Below are positions 35,969 through 46,967 of a stretch of DNA of 64,000 nucleotides, piece by piece. Position numbers and translations under genes: made by a program. Numbering within the stretch: position 1 is the first letter of the stretch; every line of letters begins with the position of its first letter. This stretch comes from Peptococcaceae bacterium (lineage in GTDB: Bacteria > Bacillota > Desulfotomaculia > Desulfotomaculales > JACDOK01), in NCBI GenBank assembly GCA_017656185.1, contig JACDOK010000001.1, forward strand, positions 64,205-128,204. The letters are read 5' to 3'. Under the pieces are notes generated by a model, which searched no databases, had not been told where the DNA came from, and worked only from the letters and a program-made list of their open reading frames with translations.

Positions 35969-37813
35969 TTACACCTTAACATCGGAAACCATTTCCTGCT
36001 GTTTGCGGGGAGTTTCCACCGTTTCGAAAACAACCGGTTTGAGTTCCTTTTCGGCCCGGGCAATTTGTTCCTCCGTACAGGTGGCCAGACCGGCTTTGAA
36101 GCAGAGAGCCCACATCATGATAATGCCGAGTACCCACCAAACAAGCTGCCAGGCCCAGGCATGCGGGAAGCCCAGGAAACTGAACGCGTTATTGCCCAGT
36201 ACCGCAAACGGGCCGATGGCAAAAAGGAACCAGACGGGAACAACCACCCACATCACCTTGCGCCAGGCCTTTTGTGAAGGAGTGGGAGCATCGATATCAT
36301 TCAGCCAGTTACGAATTTCCCGGCGCCGTTCTTTGATCTCTTCCGGCTCGCTGTCCGCCGTAAAGTAACTGACCAGCAAACCAACGGCCAGCGCGGTGAA
36401 AATCCCCCAGCCGGCACAGTGGATTGTGAGCGGGTATTTGAAGGCCGGTATTTGATAGGTAAGAAATACGGCCACAATACCGGCTATAAGTCCCGACAGC
36501 ACACCCGCTCCTGTAATTCTCAGACCGTAAATCACACCTAAAAGAGGCAGCCACATCAAGGTACCCAGGGAGGTGGCCAGCGCACCGAGCATCACAAGCG
36601 CCGCTTTTGACGTAAAGGCGATAATCATAGCCACCGCGGTAATCACTACCGCCAGGGTGCGTGACGTCCATATCTGTTCCTTATGGCTGGCACGCGGGCG
36701 GATGTATCTAAAGAACACGTCACGACAGATAATAGTCGACCCTGTACCGATATAGGGTGAGGCCGTGGACTGCATTGCGGCGATCGCCCCGATTGTTACC
36801 AAGGCCAGCACTCCTGCCGGCAGGAATTCGTGCATAAGCATTGGAACCACATCTGCGTCGGACGCAATATTAAGAACATCACCAAGAATTCTGGCGCCCA
36901 TACCCTGGATACCGGTAAAAAAGAACATGGCAAACCCGACTAGAGCCGTGGACATAAAGACCTGCTGCCAGGCAAAGGGCCTGGGGTTCTTATTGGAAAA
37001 CGACCACATCGTAAAGGCCGGGGACGACTGAATGCCCATAAGGGCAAACATGTAGGTCATAATCATGACTCCGGTCCAATGCGTCTCACCTGCCGTGAAT
37101 TTGATGACACCAGGGATTTTAAGATACTTAGTGTCCAGTAAGGCGAGCTGTTGGCTCATAACAGACCAACCGCCTACGGCCTTAAGGGTAAAGGCACCCA
37201 GAACAATGATACCCACGATGAGCAGGATGCACTGGAGGCAGTCGACCCAGGCCACGCTTCTAAGTCCCCCGGCAGCCACGTAGAACACCACCACCGCAGC
37301 AAGTAAGATGGAACCCACAACCACCGGCACACCCGTAACCCAGTGGAACAGAGCACCGGCGGCCATAAGCTGCACCGCCGAGTAGAAAGCGCTGTAAAGA
37401 AAGGCAACAAGAACAACCAGCCACCGCATTCCCTCAGTACCGAAATAATAGGCGTACATGTCACCCGGAGTAACAAACCCGTATCTTTTCCCCAACAGCC
37501 ACTGCCTTTTGGCAAAAAAAGCACCCGTAAGGGGAATAGTCAGAGCATAAAAGGAAGCAAAAGCATACGCCAAACCGTGCTGCCAAATCGAGCCCGGGTG
37601 ACCGACAAATGTCCAGCCGCTGAAGGAGGTCGCGGTGGCCGCCAGCAGGAATACCCACATGGGCAGCTGCCGCCCGGCAATCATGTATTGCCCTGCCGTT
37701 TTGGAAACACGCGCGCCCTTAATTCCGCAGTAGATACAGTAAATCCAGTACGCACCTACAGCTATCCATACCCACATTACATTTTCTGACAACCCGATTA
37801 CCCTCCCTTTCAA
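35969..37813 (-). CDS. Sodium:solute symporter family transporter (probable monocarboxylate/acetate uptake)
   Basis: About 14 TM segments. SSF motif GGLRSVAWVDCLQ. Adjacent to acs. The start is uncertain: TTG 37813, TTG 37792 (8 nt after GGGAGGG) or ATG 37777. Confidence 0.8.
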   Translation of the reverse strand: MKGRVIGLSENVMWVWIAVGAYWIYCIYCGIKGARVSKTAGQYMIAGRQLPMWVFLLAATATSFSGWTFVGHPGSIWQHGLAYAFASFYALTIPLTGAFFAKRQWLLGKRYGFVTPGDMYAYYFGTEGMRWLVVLVAFLYSAFYSAVQLMAAGALFHWVTGVPVVVGSILLAAVVVFYVAAGGLRSVAWVDCLQCILLIVGIIVLGAFTLKAVGGWSVMSQQLALLDTKYLKIPGVIKFTAGETHWTGVMIMTYMFALMGIQSSPAFTMWSFSNKNPRPFAWQQVFMSTALVGFAMFFFTGIQGMGARILGDVLNIASDADVVPMLMHEFLPAGVLALVTIGAIAAMQSTASPYIGTGSTIICRDVFFRYIRPRASHKEQIWTSRTLAVVITAVAMIIAFTSKAALVMLGALATSLGTLMWLPLLGVIYGLRITGAGVLSGLIAGIVAVFLTYQIPAFKYPLTIHCAGWGIFTALAVGLLVSYFTADSEPEEIKERRREIRNWLNDIDAPTPSQKAWRKVMWVVVPVWFLFAIGPFAVLGNNAFSFLGFPHAWAWQLVWWVLGIIMMWALCFKAGLATCTEEQIARAEKELKPVVFETVETPRKQQEMVSDVKV

Positions 37814-38122
37814 AATTTTATGAAAATTGTATGAAAGGCAGCTAAGGAAGGAAAGGAATCGGGGCTAAACGGCTAATTAACGCGCTCTAACAGGTTTTAA
37901 TCAACCGGAGCCATACCGGATTTTTGCCGGGACCTAATAAGCCGGAGATATAACCGGTCAGGAGGAACTTTTGACCGTTGGGACCTGCACAACCGTTGCG
38001 CCCGTAAGGCAGCAAATGATATGCATCCTGTATACCCCGCTGAGATACTACTGCCGACAGTTCGGCTGGAATTTCGCCCAGCACTCAGCCAATAATTAAG
38101 TGCTTTCAGGGAAGAAACCAAT

Positions 38123-38153
38123 AAAAAAAACCGTAATGCTTTTAGCATTACGG
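38123..38153 (-). terminator. Intrinsic terminator after acs
   Basis: Minus strand reads CCGTAATGC-TAAAA-GCATTACGG followed by TTTTTTTT. Confidence 0.75.
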
Positions 38154-38203
38154 TAACGGTAACCAGAGAAACCGCCCATCAATATGTGTATAGGGGGGTC
38201 AAA

Positions 38204-40189
38204 TTATGATTCTTTGCCCTCATATTGAGCCTTTAGCTTGGCAATAACCGCAGGGTCTGCCAGGGTCGTCGTGTCACCCAGGGCGCGGCCCTCAGCCACG
38301 TCCCTTAACAAGCGGCGCATGATCTTACCGCTTCTCGTTTTCGGCAATTCCGCCGTAAAGAAGACATCTTCAGGCCTGGCAATGGCCCCGATCTTTTTCA
38401 CTACGTGCGCCTTAAGCGCCTTCTGTAGCTCCTTCCTGTCCATATCCCCATTCCGGATTTCCTGCCAGACGTGCTCCTTCAGGGTCACAAACGCCGAGAT
38501 AGCCTGCCCTTTTATTTCGTGGCTCTTGCCGATCACAGCGGCCTCGGCCACAGCCTGGTGGTCGACCAGGGCACTTTCTACTTCCATAGTGCTCAGCCGG
38601 TGTCCCGAAACGTTGATCACATCGTCCACGCGGCCCAAAATCCAGTGATAGTTATCGTAATCCCGCCGGACGCCGTCACCGGCGAAATACCACCAGCGAT
38701 CCCCGAAATGACTCCAGTACTGGTCAATAAAGCGCTGGTCATCACCGTAGATCGTCCGCAGCATAGCCGGCCACGGTTCTTTTATGACCAGGTAACCGCC
38801 TTTACCCAATTCCACCGAATTGCCCTGCTTATCGACAACGTCGATGTTAATGCCGGGAAACGGCACAGTAGCGGAACCTGGCTTGAGCGGGGTAATACCA
38901 GGCAGGGGGCTGATCATGATCTGCCCGGTTTCGGTCTGCCACCAGGTATCAACAATCGGACAACGGCCCCCACCGATATTTTTGTAATACCATATCCAGG
39001 CCTCGGGGTTAATGGGTTCACCCACCGTCCCCAAGAGGCGGAGGCTGGAAAGATCATGCTGTTCGGGCCACTTACGGCCCCACTTCATAAAGGCGCGAAT
39101 GGCCGTCGGTGCGGTGTAAAACACCGTTACTTTGTGGCGTTCAATGATATCCCAGAAACGGTCCTGCTGCGGCCAGTCGGGGGCACCTTCAAACATAAGT
39201 GTGGTAGCGCCGTTGGCCAGCGGCCCGTAAATGACATAGCTGTGCCCGGTAATCCACCCGATATCCGCCGTGCACCAGTATATGTCATCCTCTTTGTGGT
39301 CAAAAATAATACGGTGCGTGGTCGAAGTTCCCACCAGGTATCCCCCCGTAGTGTGCACCACGCCTTTGGGTTTCCCGGTAGTACCGCTGGTATAAAGAAT
39401 AAACAACATATCCTCACTGTCGGTTTCCTCACACGGACACTCGGCCGCCGCCCTTTCCATAAGCTCGTGATACCAGTAGTCCCGACCTTCAATCATCGGT
39501 ACTTCCTGGCCCGTACGCCGCACAACGACAACGCTTTCGATACTGGGACATTCCGCGACCGCATCGTCGGCATTGTGCTTCAGCGGCACAATCTTGCCTC
39601 TCCGCCAACCACCGTCGGCCGTAATTAATAATTTAGCGGCAGCATCGTTAATGCGATCGCGCAAAGATTCGGGGCTGAAGCCCCCGAAAACAATACTGTG
39701 CGGAGCACCAAGGCGGGCACATGCCAGCATTGCAATCGCGAGCTCGGGTATCATCGGCATATAAATGGCAACGCGGTCTCCCCGAGATACGCCAAGGCCC
39801 TTAAGCACATTGGCAAACCGCATCACTTCGCGCTGCAGCTCTTCGTAAGTTAGGGTTCGAATGTCCCCGGGTTCCCCTTCAAAGATAATGGCCGGCTTGG
39901 TCCGCCGCGAGGTCAAAACATGGCGATCCACACAGTTGTAACAGGCATTAATTTTTCCGTTAACGAACCATTTAGCGAAAGGCGGGTTATCCCAATCCAA
40001 CACCCGGTCCCATTTTTGAAACCAATCCAAATTCTCCGCCTGTTTGGCCCAAAAACCTTGCGTATCGGCCCGTGCCTCGTCATAAATAGCGCGATCATTT
40101 ACATTGGCCCGTGCTACAAATTCTTTATCAGGATAAAAGATGCGGTTTTCCTCAAGCAAGGTATCTAAGGTTTCCCTATTTACCGCCAC
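38204..40189 (-). CDS. acs: Acetyl-CoA synthetase (AMP-forming)
   Basis: 661 aa. AMP-binding motif [11 protein letters not shown]. Acs-typical N-terminus and C-terminal [11 protein letters not shown]. Confidence 0.95.
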   Translation of the reverse strand: MAVNRETLDTLLEENRIFYPDKEFVARANVNDRAIYDEARADTQGFWAKQAENLDWFQKWDRVLDWDNPPFAKWFVNGKINACYNCVDRHVLTSRRTKPAIIFEGEPGDIRTLTYEELQREVMRFANVLKGLGVSRGDRVAIYMPMIPELAIAMLACARLGAPHSIVFGGFSPESLRDRINDAAAKLLITADGGWRRGKIVPLKHNADDAVAECPSIESVVVVRRTGQEVPMIEGRDYWYHELMERAAAECPCEETDSEDMLFILYTSGTTGKPKGVVHTTGGYLVGTSTTHRIIFDHKEDDIYWCTADIGWITGHSYVIYGPLANGATTLMFEGAPDWPQQDRFWDIIERHKVTVFYTAPTAIRAFMKWGRKWPEQHDLSSLRLLGTVGEPINPEAWIWYYKNIGGGRCPIVDTWWQTETGQIMISPLPGITPLKPGSATVPFPGINIDVVDKQGNSVELGKGGYLVIKEPWPAMLRTIYGDDQRFIDQYWSHFGDRWWYFAGDGVRRDYDNYHWILGRVDDVINVSGHRLSTMEVESALVDHQAVAEAAVIGKSHEIKGQAISAFVTLKEHVWQEIRNGDMDRKELQKALKAHVVKKIGAIARPEDVFFTAELPKTRSGKIMRRLLRDVAEGRALGDTTTLADPAVIAKLKAQYEGKES

Positions 40190-40348
40190 ACATACCCCTC
40201 CTGTATGAATTTTGCAAATTATTTAATAATTCCAGTTGGTATCATTCTATTGGAGGGGTCTATGATCGGGAAAGGAAATAACCGTGAAAGGTATTAAGAT
40301 GACGTCCAACGGAAATATACCCCGGGTTAGCGGTGGATACCTACCTTA

Positions 40349-41284
40349 TCAAGATACTTTCGTGTTTAAGCGGGTAATGTAATTCTTGGCACTGAGAGCC
40401 GCCAATGCACCATCGCTTACAGCCGTTACGATATCCCTCAGCATCTTGCGCCGTACGTCCCCCGCCGCATAAAGTCCCGGCACGTTAGTGCACATATTTT
40501 CGTCCGTGATGATAAACCCGTTCTGGTCCAATTCTACTAAACCTTCTACCGGCTGCGTCAGCGGCTGGTTTCCGACGTACACCACCAGAGCCTGTACCGG
40601 TAAAATCCTTTGGGCACCCGTCTGAACGTTCTTAATCGCGATGCCTTTTACCTGTTGATCACCCAGTACTTTTTCAACTACAGAATGCCATACAAAGGAC
40701 AGGCGGTCGTTAGCAAAAGCCTCCTCCTGCAAAGCTTGAGTCGCCCGCAGTTCACCCCGGCGGTGAATAACAACGACCGAACGGGCATAACCGGTAAGAT
40801 AAATAGCCTCCTTAACGGCGGAATCTCCCCCACCGACCACGGCAACATCTTTACCCCGAAAATTTTCGGCATCACAAACGGCACAGTAGGAGACACCCTT
40901 ACCGGCAAGGCGCTTTTCTCCCTCCACCCCCAGCGGCCGGGGGCCGGTACCGCTGGCGATAATTACCGCCCGCGTTTTTAAACGCCCCTCCGGGCCCTCA
41001 AGTATAAAATAGTCATCGTCGTCTCTAACAATCGATTGGACAGTAAACCTGTCAATGGAAACCCCTAATTTCTCAACCTGGCGGCGCATTTGCCGCACCA
41101 GTTCCGGTCCGGTTATACAATCAGGAAAACCGGGATAATTGCAAATACTTTCGGTAACGCGCATCTTCCCCCCCGGGGCACCTCTTTCAACCACCAAGGT
41201 GTGCAACCCTGCCCGGCTGGCATATATTGCCGCGGAAAGCCCTGCCGGGCCACTACCAACGATAACTATATCCTGCGCAGTCAC
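40349..41284 (-). CDS. trxB: Thioredoxin-disulfide reductase
   Basis: FAD motif VIVGSGPAGLSAA, redox-active CAVCDA, NADPH motif VVGGGDSA. Confidence 0.85.
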   Translation of the reverse strand: MTAQDIVIVGSGPAGLSAAIYASRAGLHTLVVERGAPGGKMRVTESICNYPGFPDCITGPELVRQMRRQVEKLGVSIDRFTVQSIVRDDDDYFILEGPEGRLKTRAVIIASGTGPRPLGVEGEKRLAGKGVSYCAVCDAENFRGKDVAVVGGGDSAVKEAIYLTGYARSVVVIHRRGELRATQALQEEAFANDRLSFVWHSVVEKVLGDQQVKGIAIKNVQTGAQRILPVQALVVYVGNQPLTQPVEGLVELDQNGFIITDENMCTNVPGLYAAGDVRRKMLRDIVTAVSDGALAALSAKNYITRLNTKVS

Positions 41285-41610
41285 CCTGCCACCTCCGGAT
41301 TACCAGATTAATTGGCAAATACTATAGCATTTTATACCTAAAATGACCATAACTTTCCTTTAACATATTCACAACATAGGTCTTTCGTGCTTCTGTTTTC
41401 AAGTAATTACACCTGTATGCTTTCATTTTTATTCCATAAAAATAGCATAACATAATTGCCGCAATACCATATACCATTCACCAGCATAATTTTATAGAGA
41501 CACCATTATTTTTTAGACATCCGGCAGGAAAATGGCCCTTCAGTACGAAAACGAAACGAAATGCAGATTAATTTCCGGTAATAAATCACTTGCATTGGAG
41601 TTGATGGCCG

Positions 41611-42912
41611 TTGATATGGGACACAACTGAAACCCTGCCGCGTGAAGAAATCCGGCGCCTGCAGCTGGAACGCCTGAAAAAGGTCGTACGGCGTGTTTAT
41701 AACAAGGTGCCTTTTTACCGTAAACAGTTTGAAAAGTACAGCATCAAACCGTCCGACATTAAAACCCTGGAAGATATCGCCAAGCTCCCGTTTACCACCA
41801 AAGACGACCTGCGTGAAAATTACCCTTACGGCCTTTTTGCGGTACCTTTGGACAAGCTGGTACGCATACATGCATCATCAGGGACGACCGGCCTGCCTAC
41901 CGTCGTCGGTTACACTAAAAAGGATCTCCATACCTGGTCCGACCTGGTGGCCCGTATCGTGGTACAGGCCGGGGTTACCTCACGGGACGTGGTTCAGATT
42001 TGCTTTACCTATGGCCTTTTTACCGGTGGTTTCGGGCTGCACTACGGGCTGGAAAGGGTGGGAGCAACCGTTGTTCCTGCTTCCAGCGGCAATACTAAAA
42101 GACAGATCCAGCTAATGAAAGACTTTCATACCTCAGTCCTTGTCAGTACGCCCTCTTATGCTTTATACATTGCCGAAGTAGCCGAGGAAATGGGAGTTAA
42201 CCCGCGCGAACTCGGCCTGCGCGTGGGACTTTTCGGCTCGGAGCCGTGGTCGGAAGCAATGCGGGAGGAACTGCAAAAACGGTGGGGGCTTTTAGCCACC
42301 GACAACTACGGTATGAGCGAGCTAATCGGGCCCGGCGTGGCCGGTGAATGTGAACGTCAAAACGGCCTGCACATCTCGGAAGATCATTTTCTTGCCGAAA
42401 TTATCAACCCCAAAACCGGTGAACCCCTGCCTCCCGGTTCCAAAGGTGAACTGGTTATTACGACCCTAACCAAAGAAGGTCTGCCCCTGCTAAGGTATCG
42501 TACCCGTGATTTGACCAGTATTGACGAAAGTCCTTGTCTTTGCGGTCGCACGACTGCGCGTCTTGCCCGCATATCCGGTCGCACCGATGACATGTTAATT
42601 ATTCGGGGAGTTAACATCTTCCCGTCGCAGGTCGAGGAAGTCCTGTCTGAAATTAAGGGAGTCGGCCCCGAGTACCTTATCGTTGTGGATCGCAAGGACT
42701 ATCTTGACCAGCTCGAGATACAGGTCGAACTGGCATCTGATTATTTTACCGGTAAATACCGCGATCTCGAAGACCTGGAGGCAACCGTAAAATCGAAACT
42801 TCAAAGCGTACTGAACGTTACCCCGCGGGTAAAACTGGTCGAGTACAAATCCTTGGAACGAACGGCGGGCAAAGCCAAAAGAGTTATCGATCGCCGTAAA
42901 GAACGTAAATAA
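41611..42912 (+). CDS. paaK: Phenylacetate-CoA ligase family protein (paralog 1)
   Basis: TTG start. [13 protein letters not shown]-binding motif. The N-terminal ...[14 protein letters not shown]... and C-terminal [10 protein letters not shown] are typical of PaaK/F390-synthetase-like enzymes. Confidence 0.85.
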   Translation: MIWDTTETLPREEIRRLQLERLKKVVRRVYNKVPFYRKQFEKYSIKPSDIKTLEDIAKLPFTTKDDLRENYPYGLFAVPLDKLVRIHASSGTTGLPTVVGYTKKDLHTWSDLVARIVVQAGVTSRDVVQICFTYGLFTGGFGLHYGLERVGATVVPASSGNTKRQIQLMKDFHTSVLVSTPSYALYIAEVAEEMGVNPRELGLRVGLFGSEPWSEAMREELQKRWGLLATDNYGMSELIGPGVAGECERQNGLHISEDHFLAEIINPKTGEPLPPGSKGELVITTLTKEGLPLLRYRTRDLTSIDESPCLCGRTTARLARISGRTDDMLIIRGVNIFPSQVEEVLSEIKGVGPEYLIVVDRKDYLDQLEIQVELASDYFTGKYRDLEDLEATVKSKLQSVLNVTPRVKLVEYKSLERTAGKAKRVIDRRKERK

Positions 42913-42938
42913 TAAGTCAAGATTTAAGGAGGATCAAT

Positions 42939-44243
42939 ATGTACTGGAACCGGGAAATGGAATGTATGCCCCCGGAGCAGAAGAAAAAGCTGCAGCTTGA
43001 ACGTTTACAGCAACTGGTACAGAGAGTTTATGAAACGGTACCTCATTACCAGAGGATCCTGCGGGAAATGGGGGTCAAACCGCACGATATCCGGTCGCTT
43101 GACGATCTTGCCAAGCTACCTTTTACCACCAAGGACGATTTGCGCCGTGCCTACCCGTTCAACCTGTTTGCCCGCCCCATGAAGGACATTGTACGCGTAC
43201 ACGCCTCATCCGGTACAACAGGAAAGCCCACAGTGGTCGGGTATACCGCCGAGGACATCGCCGTTTGGTCCGAAGTCTGCGCGCGGTCCCTGGCCTGCGC
43301 CGGCGTTACGGATAACGACATTATACAAATTGCCTATGGCTACGGGCTCTTTACCGGCGGGTTGGGCATACACTACGGCGCCGAAAAACTCGGAGCAACC
43401 GTGGTACCCATCTCAACAGGCAACACCAAGCGGCAAATAATGCTGATGCAGGATTTTGGCACTACCGTAATCGCCTGTACTCCTTCATACGCCCTGCACC
43501 TGGCTGAAGTCATGGAAGAAATGGAGGTCGACCCCGTCCGGTTACGCCTGCGCATCGGCATATTCGGCGCGGAGCCCTGGTCCAAGAACCTGGGGCGTGA
43601 AATCGAGCAAAAACTGAACATCCTGGCGGTGGACATTTACGGTCTCAGTGAAATTATGGGGCCCGGAGTAGCAATGGAATGCCCGTATGACATGGGCCTG
43701 CATATTTTCGACGATCACTTTCTGCCCGAAATTATCGACCCTGAAACCGGGGAACAGCTTCCTTACGGGGAAAAAGGGGAACTTGTCATTACCACCCTCT
43801 CCAAGCAGGGTTTCCCGCTTTTACGCTACCGCACGCGTGACGTTACGATACTGCACGAAGAACCCTGTCCCTGCGGGCGCACCCACGTGCGGATGTCCCG
43901 GGTCATGGGTCGCACGGACGACATGCTCATTATTCGCGGTGTCAACGTCTTTCCGTCTCAAGTTGAAAGCGCCCTGCTGGAAAGCGGCCAAGCTGAGCCG
44001 CATTACCTGCTGGTGGTCGACCGGAAAGGCCCCCTCGATATCCTGGAGGTATGGGTCGAGGTGTCTGAAAAGGTGTTCGCCGACGAGGTCCGCCGCCTGG
44101 AAACACTGGAAAAGAAGCTGCAGCACAGTATCGAAAGCACCCTCGGTATATCCGCCAAAGTCAAGCTGGTGGAGCCCAAAACCATTGAGCGCAGCCAAGG
44201 TAAAGCCAAGCGCGTTATCGATAAGAGGGATTTATATAAGTAA
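42939..44243 (+). CDS. paaK: Phenylacetate-CoA ligase family protein (paralog 2)
   Basis: Collinear with paralog 1 ([20 protein letters not shown]) but clearly diverged. Confidence 0.85.
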   Translation: MYWNREMECMPPEQKKKLQLERLQQLVQRVYETVPHYQRILREMGVKPHDIRSLDDLAKLPFTTKDDLRRAYPFNLFARPMKDIVRVHASSGTTGKPTVVGYTAEDIAVWSEVCARSLACAGVTDNDIIQIAYGYGLFTGGLGIHYGAEKLGATVVPISTGNTKRQIMLMQDFGTTVIACTPSYALHLAEVMEEMEVDPVRLRLRIGIFGAEPWSKNLGREIEQKLNILAVDIYGLSEIMGPGVAMECPYDMGLHIFDDHFLPEIIDPETGEQLPYGEKGELVITTLSKQGFPLLRYRTRDVTILHEEPCPCGRTHVRMSRVMGRTDDMLIIRGVNVFPSQVESALLESGQAEPHYLLVVDRKGPLDILEVWVEVSEKVFADEVRRLETLEKKLQHSIESTLGISAKVKLVEPKTIERSQGKAKRVIDKRDLYK

Positions 44244-44276
44244 CGCTTATCCGAATCAATTCAGGAGGGAAAAGCT

Positions 44277-44708
44277 ATGTGGGTAAAACAAATCTCTATC
44301 TTCCTGGAAAATAAGTCCGGCCGGCTGGCCTCGGTCTGCCGTATTCTGGCCGACAACGACATCAACATCCGGGCGCTCTCCATAGCCGACACCTCGGATT
44401 TCGGCATTTTACGCTTGATCGTCAACCAACCGGAAAAAGCTTACCAGGTACTCAAGGAACAAGGATTCACCGTTAGCGAAACCGATGTGGTGGCCGTCGA
44501 AATACCCGATGCGCCCGGCGGCCTGGCACAGGTTCTTGAAATTCTGGCCCAGAAAGAAATTAATATCGAATACCTGTACGCCTTTGTCTCCAAATCAGCG
44601 GGAAACGCCCTGGTGATGTTAAAAGTGGAAGACCTGGAAAGCGCCGTTGAAGTTCTTACCCAGAACGGCATACGCGTTCCCAGCACAGGTGAGATTTATC
44701 GGATATAG
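44277..44708 (+). CDS. ACT domain protein
   Basis: 143 aa with two ACT-like repeats (ISIFLENKSGRLASVCRILADNDINIRAL ... PGGLAQVLEILAQKEINIEYLY). A common partner of paaK-type ligases. Confidence 0.8.
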   Translation: MWVKQISIFLENKSGRLASVCRILADNDINIRALSIADTSDFGILRLIVNQPEKAYQVLKEQGFTVSETDVVAVEIPDAPGGLAQVLEILAQKEINIEYLYAFVSKSAGNALVMLKVEDLESAVEVLTQNGIRVPSTGEIYRI

Positions 44709-44733
44709 ATATAGTTTGGGTAATTAATAATTA

Positions 44734-44764
44734 TTTAGGGGAGGGTCACAGACCCTCCCCTAAA
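44734..44764. terminator. Bidirectional terminator hairpin between the ACT gene and fdhE
   Basis: Perfect 14-bp inverted repeat TTTAGGGGAGGGTC-ACA-GACCCTCCCCTAAA with T-rich flanks. Confidence 0.7.
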
Positions 44765-44777
44765 TTCTTTCCCTTAA

Positions 44778-44819
44778 TTACTAATTTCTGTTTACTGTTT
44801 ACTCCTTACTGCTTAGGTC
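44778..44819 (-). repeat. Tandem heptamer tract (minus-strand CAGTAAN, plus-strand TTACTGN), 6 units, spanning the fdhE stop codon
   Basis: TTACTAA|TTTCTGT|TTACTGT|TTACTCC|TTACTGC|TTAGGTC. The fdhE TAA stop is the TTA of the fifth unit (44806-44808). Confidence 0.6.
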
Positions 44820-45633
44820 CGGCCGCCAAGGCCTGGTTAACAAACCCTTCCCTTACCGCCAGGATGTCCAGATGGACCGTTTTAATATCCTCCCAGAAAA
44901 GTTCTACTTTTTCATCCGCTTTACTTTCATCGACCGTCTTAAGATATCCTTTGCAGTCATCGCAAATATAGACCCGGTAGAGCGGCTGCCCTTCTACGCT
45001 GAAATAACGAACCTTACCCTTATTTCCGGTATCGCAATACGGGCATCCCATGCGATTATACAGCCACTCAGTGTTGCACTGGTTACAGTACAAATAGCGG
45101 CGCCCCACGGTCTTAGTAAGCTTAGCAAAGGTAGGCTTGCCCCCACAAACCGGACAAATGCCTTTAAGCCACCGGTCCAAATCAAGATACTCGCGTACTT
45201 TCTCAGCATAAACCCGCAAAAAGGGCCGGAAAGTATGCGTAATCAAGATGCCCACGGCATCCATCGGAATACGGCTGTTCGTAACTAGGTTACTCACCCA
45301 GCTGGTTTCCCCGCGTAAAACACTCTTTACAAATTCTTCCCGTTCTCCGGCATCTTCGGGCATGGCGGCATAAGCCCTGTCCAAATCACCGGCAGCCTCC
45401 GGCTGGTGTTTTTGCAAAATATCCCTGACCTGTCCCATCACGGCAAAGAAATCGGCAACATCGACTTGAGGGAAATGCAGCTTCAGCATGGGCATACCCT
45501 GCTTCCACACTTCCAAGAGATCATCTCCCGGCACATCAACTTTTACGGCATCGCCGGCAGGTTCAGCATCAAGCAGATCATTATACAAATCTACCAGGTT
45601 GGGCGGTATGAACTGCATTCCGATTTCGTTCAT
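44806..45633 (-). CDS. fdhE: Formate dehydrogenase accessory protein FdhE
   Basis: Four CxxC pairs (CPVCGG, CNQCNTEW, CPYCD, CDDCKGYLK) in the FdhE arrangement. Confidence 0.85.
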   Translation of the reverse strand: MNEIGMQFIPPNLVDLYNDLLDAEPAGDAVKVDVPGDDLLEVWKQGMPMLKLHFPQVDVADFFAVMGQVRDILQKHQPEAAGDLDRAYAAMPEDAGEREEFVKSVLRGETSWVSNLVTNSRIPMDAVGILITHTFRPFLRVYAEKVREYLDLDRWLKGICPVCGGKPTFAKLTKTVGRRYLYCNQCNTEWLYNRMGCPYCDTGNKGKVRYFSVEGQPLYRVYICDDCKGYLKTVDESKADEKVELFWEDIKTVHLDILAVREGFVNQALAAGPKQ

Positions 45634-45675
45634 AACATCAGCTCCTAACTAACTACCCATTTAACCGTATCATAG

Positions 45676-45704
45676 CAAAAGAAAAGGGCGGAAATCAATC
45701 CGCC
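45676..45704 (-). terminator. Intrinsic terminator after fdh operon copy 1
   Basis: Minus strand reads GGGCGGA-TTGATT-TCCGCCC followed by TTTTCTTTT. Confidence 0.7.
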
Positions 45705-45725
45705 CCCTTACATACCGGGCACCAT

Positions 45726-46928
45726 TTAGGCTTGAACCGGAGCGCCACCGTCGGCAACGGCACGCGCTTTTTCTTTCTTGAGCTTGGCCTTATAGGCTTC
45801 CTGGTCTTCGTGGAAGATATTGAAATTCTCAACCACGAAGCAGTATACCAGGATACCGGCTGAGATCAAGCCAATGGTAAGCGACCATTCCATCCAGGAC
45901 GGGAAGTAGTGCCCGCCGGCGGCATCCGCCATACCGGTAAACACGACGTTCATCCTGTTGAAGACGACGCCGACAACCACCAGAATCGAGGTGGTTACCA
46001 AGCCGCCCACCGAGTTGCGCACACTCGGAATCAGGAACAGCACGAGCGGCAGCAGGATAAAGCCCAGTATTTCCACAAGGAACATGTTCGCTTCGAAGGA
46101 ACCGTTGAAGACGTATCCCCACGCGTCGCGATAAGTCAGGTCGATGCACTTCAGGACGAAGTAGAAGGCCAAAAGCCACGCCGTTACTTTCCACAAGCTG
46201 GTCAGCACCGGCATTTCGGCCTGGAAGTTGCGGCCGTAAGCCTTTGAAGCCAGCCAGCCTTCAAAGGTTACCATCGCCGGGCCCACAAAGACCGCCGAGG
46301 TCAGGAAGAAGACCGGAATAATCATCGACCACCAGGTCGGGTAAAGCCGGTCCACGGTGATGATGTACAGGGAACCCAGCGAGGACTGGTGCAAGGTGGG
46401 CAGCATTACGCCGATGATAAACAGCCCCGGAAGCATCCAGTCAAACAGTTTCTTGAGCGGTTCACTCTTGATACGTTCAAACAAGATATGCCCAAACTCG
46501 AGCACCTGGACAGTGGTGTACAACGACACACACCAGAAGACTTCAAACAACACCGAATGGTGACCCCAGTAGAAGAACGGGCGCCAGAAGTTGTACCAGC
46601 GACCGATATCGAAGAACAGCCCGCCCATCACCAGCAGGTAACCGATCAGCGAGGTAAGAAGGGCGGCACGGGCAATACTGTGGTACTTCTTCTTGTGCAG
46701 AATGTGGATGATAAAGCACGTACTAAAACCACCGCCGGCCAGGGCAACGCCGGTCAGAACGTCAAACCCAATCCACAGACCCCAGGGCCATTCGTCGTTA
46801 AGGTTAGTGGCGGCCCCGAGCCCGAACAACAGACGGTAAGTAGCCACACCTACCATCAACAAAGTCAGGGCGATTAGAACGACTCTATACGGGGTCATCC
46901 GGAAAGTCCATCTTGTATACTGATCCAT
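45726..46928 (-). CDS. NrfD/PsrC-family integral membrane subunit of formate dehydrogenase (copy 1)
   Basis: 400 aa, about 10 TM segments, downstream of the Fe-S subunit. Confidence 0.8.
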   Translation of the reverse strand: MDQYTRWTFRMTPYRVVLIALTLLMVGVATYRLLFGLGAATNLNDEWPWGLWIGFDVLTGVALAGGGFSTCFIIHILHKKKYHSIARAALLTSLIGYLLVMGGLFFDIGRWYNFWRPFFYWGHHSVLFEVFWCVSLYTTVQVLEFGHILFERIKSEPLKKLFDWMLPGLFIIGVMLPTLHQSSLGSLYIITVDRLYPTWWSMIIPVFFLTSAVFVGPAMVTFEGWLASKAYGRNFQAEMPVLTSLWKVTAWLLAFYFVLKCIDLTYRDAWGYVFNGSFEANMFLVEILGFILLPLVLFLIPSVRNSVGGLVTTSILVVVGVVFNRMNVVFTGMADAAGGHYFPSWMEWSLTIGLISAGILVYCFVVENFNIFHEDQEAYKAKLKKEKARAVADGGAPVQA

Positions 46929-46967
46929 ACAGGCGTACCTCCTTTTACCTTAATCTTCCGCACCGGT

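Noticed and set aside
37814-38122. About 300-nt untranslated region upstream of the SSF symporter, examined for a riboswitch
   Set aside because: I found no match to any riboswitch consensus I know and no clear terminator/antiterminator pair. The ORFs predicted there (37887..38084 and 37897..38148) lack RBSs.
1645-39628. Many long antisense or nested ORFs, for example 1645..2280, 2437..3144, 3489..4118, 34942..35883, 38471..39628, 48556..49128 and 52350..53216
   Set aside because: Each lies entirely within a strongly supported gene on the opposite strand or in another frame. They have Arg/Ser/Pro-rich low-complexity translations and no RBS, which is typical of shadow ORFs in moderately GC-rich DNA.
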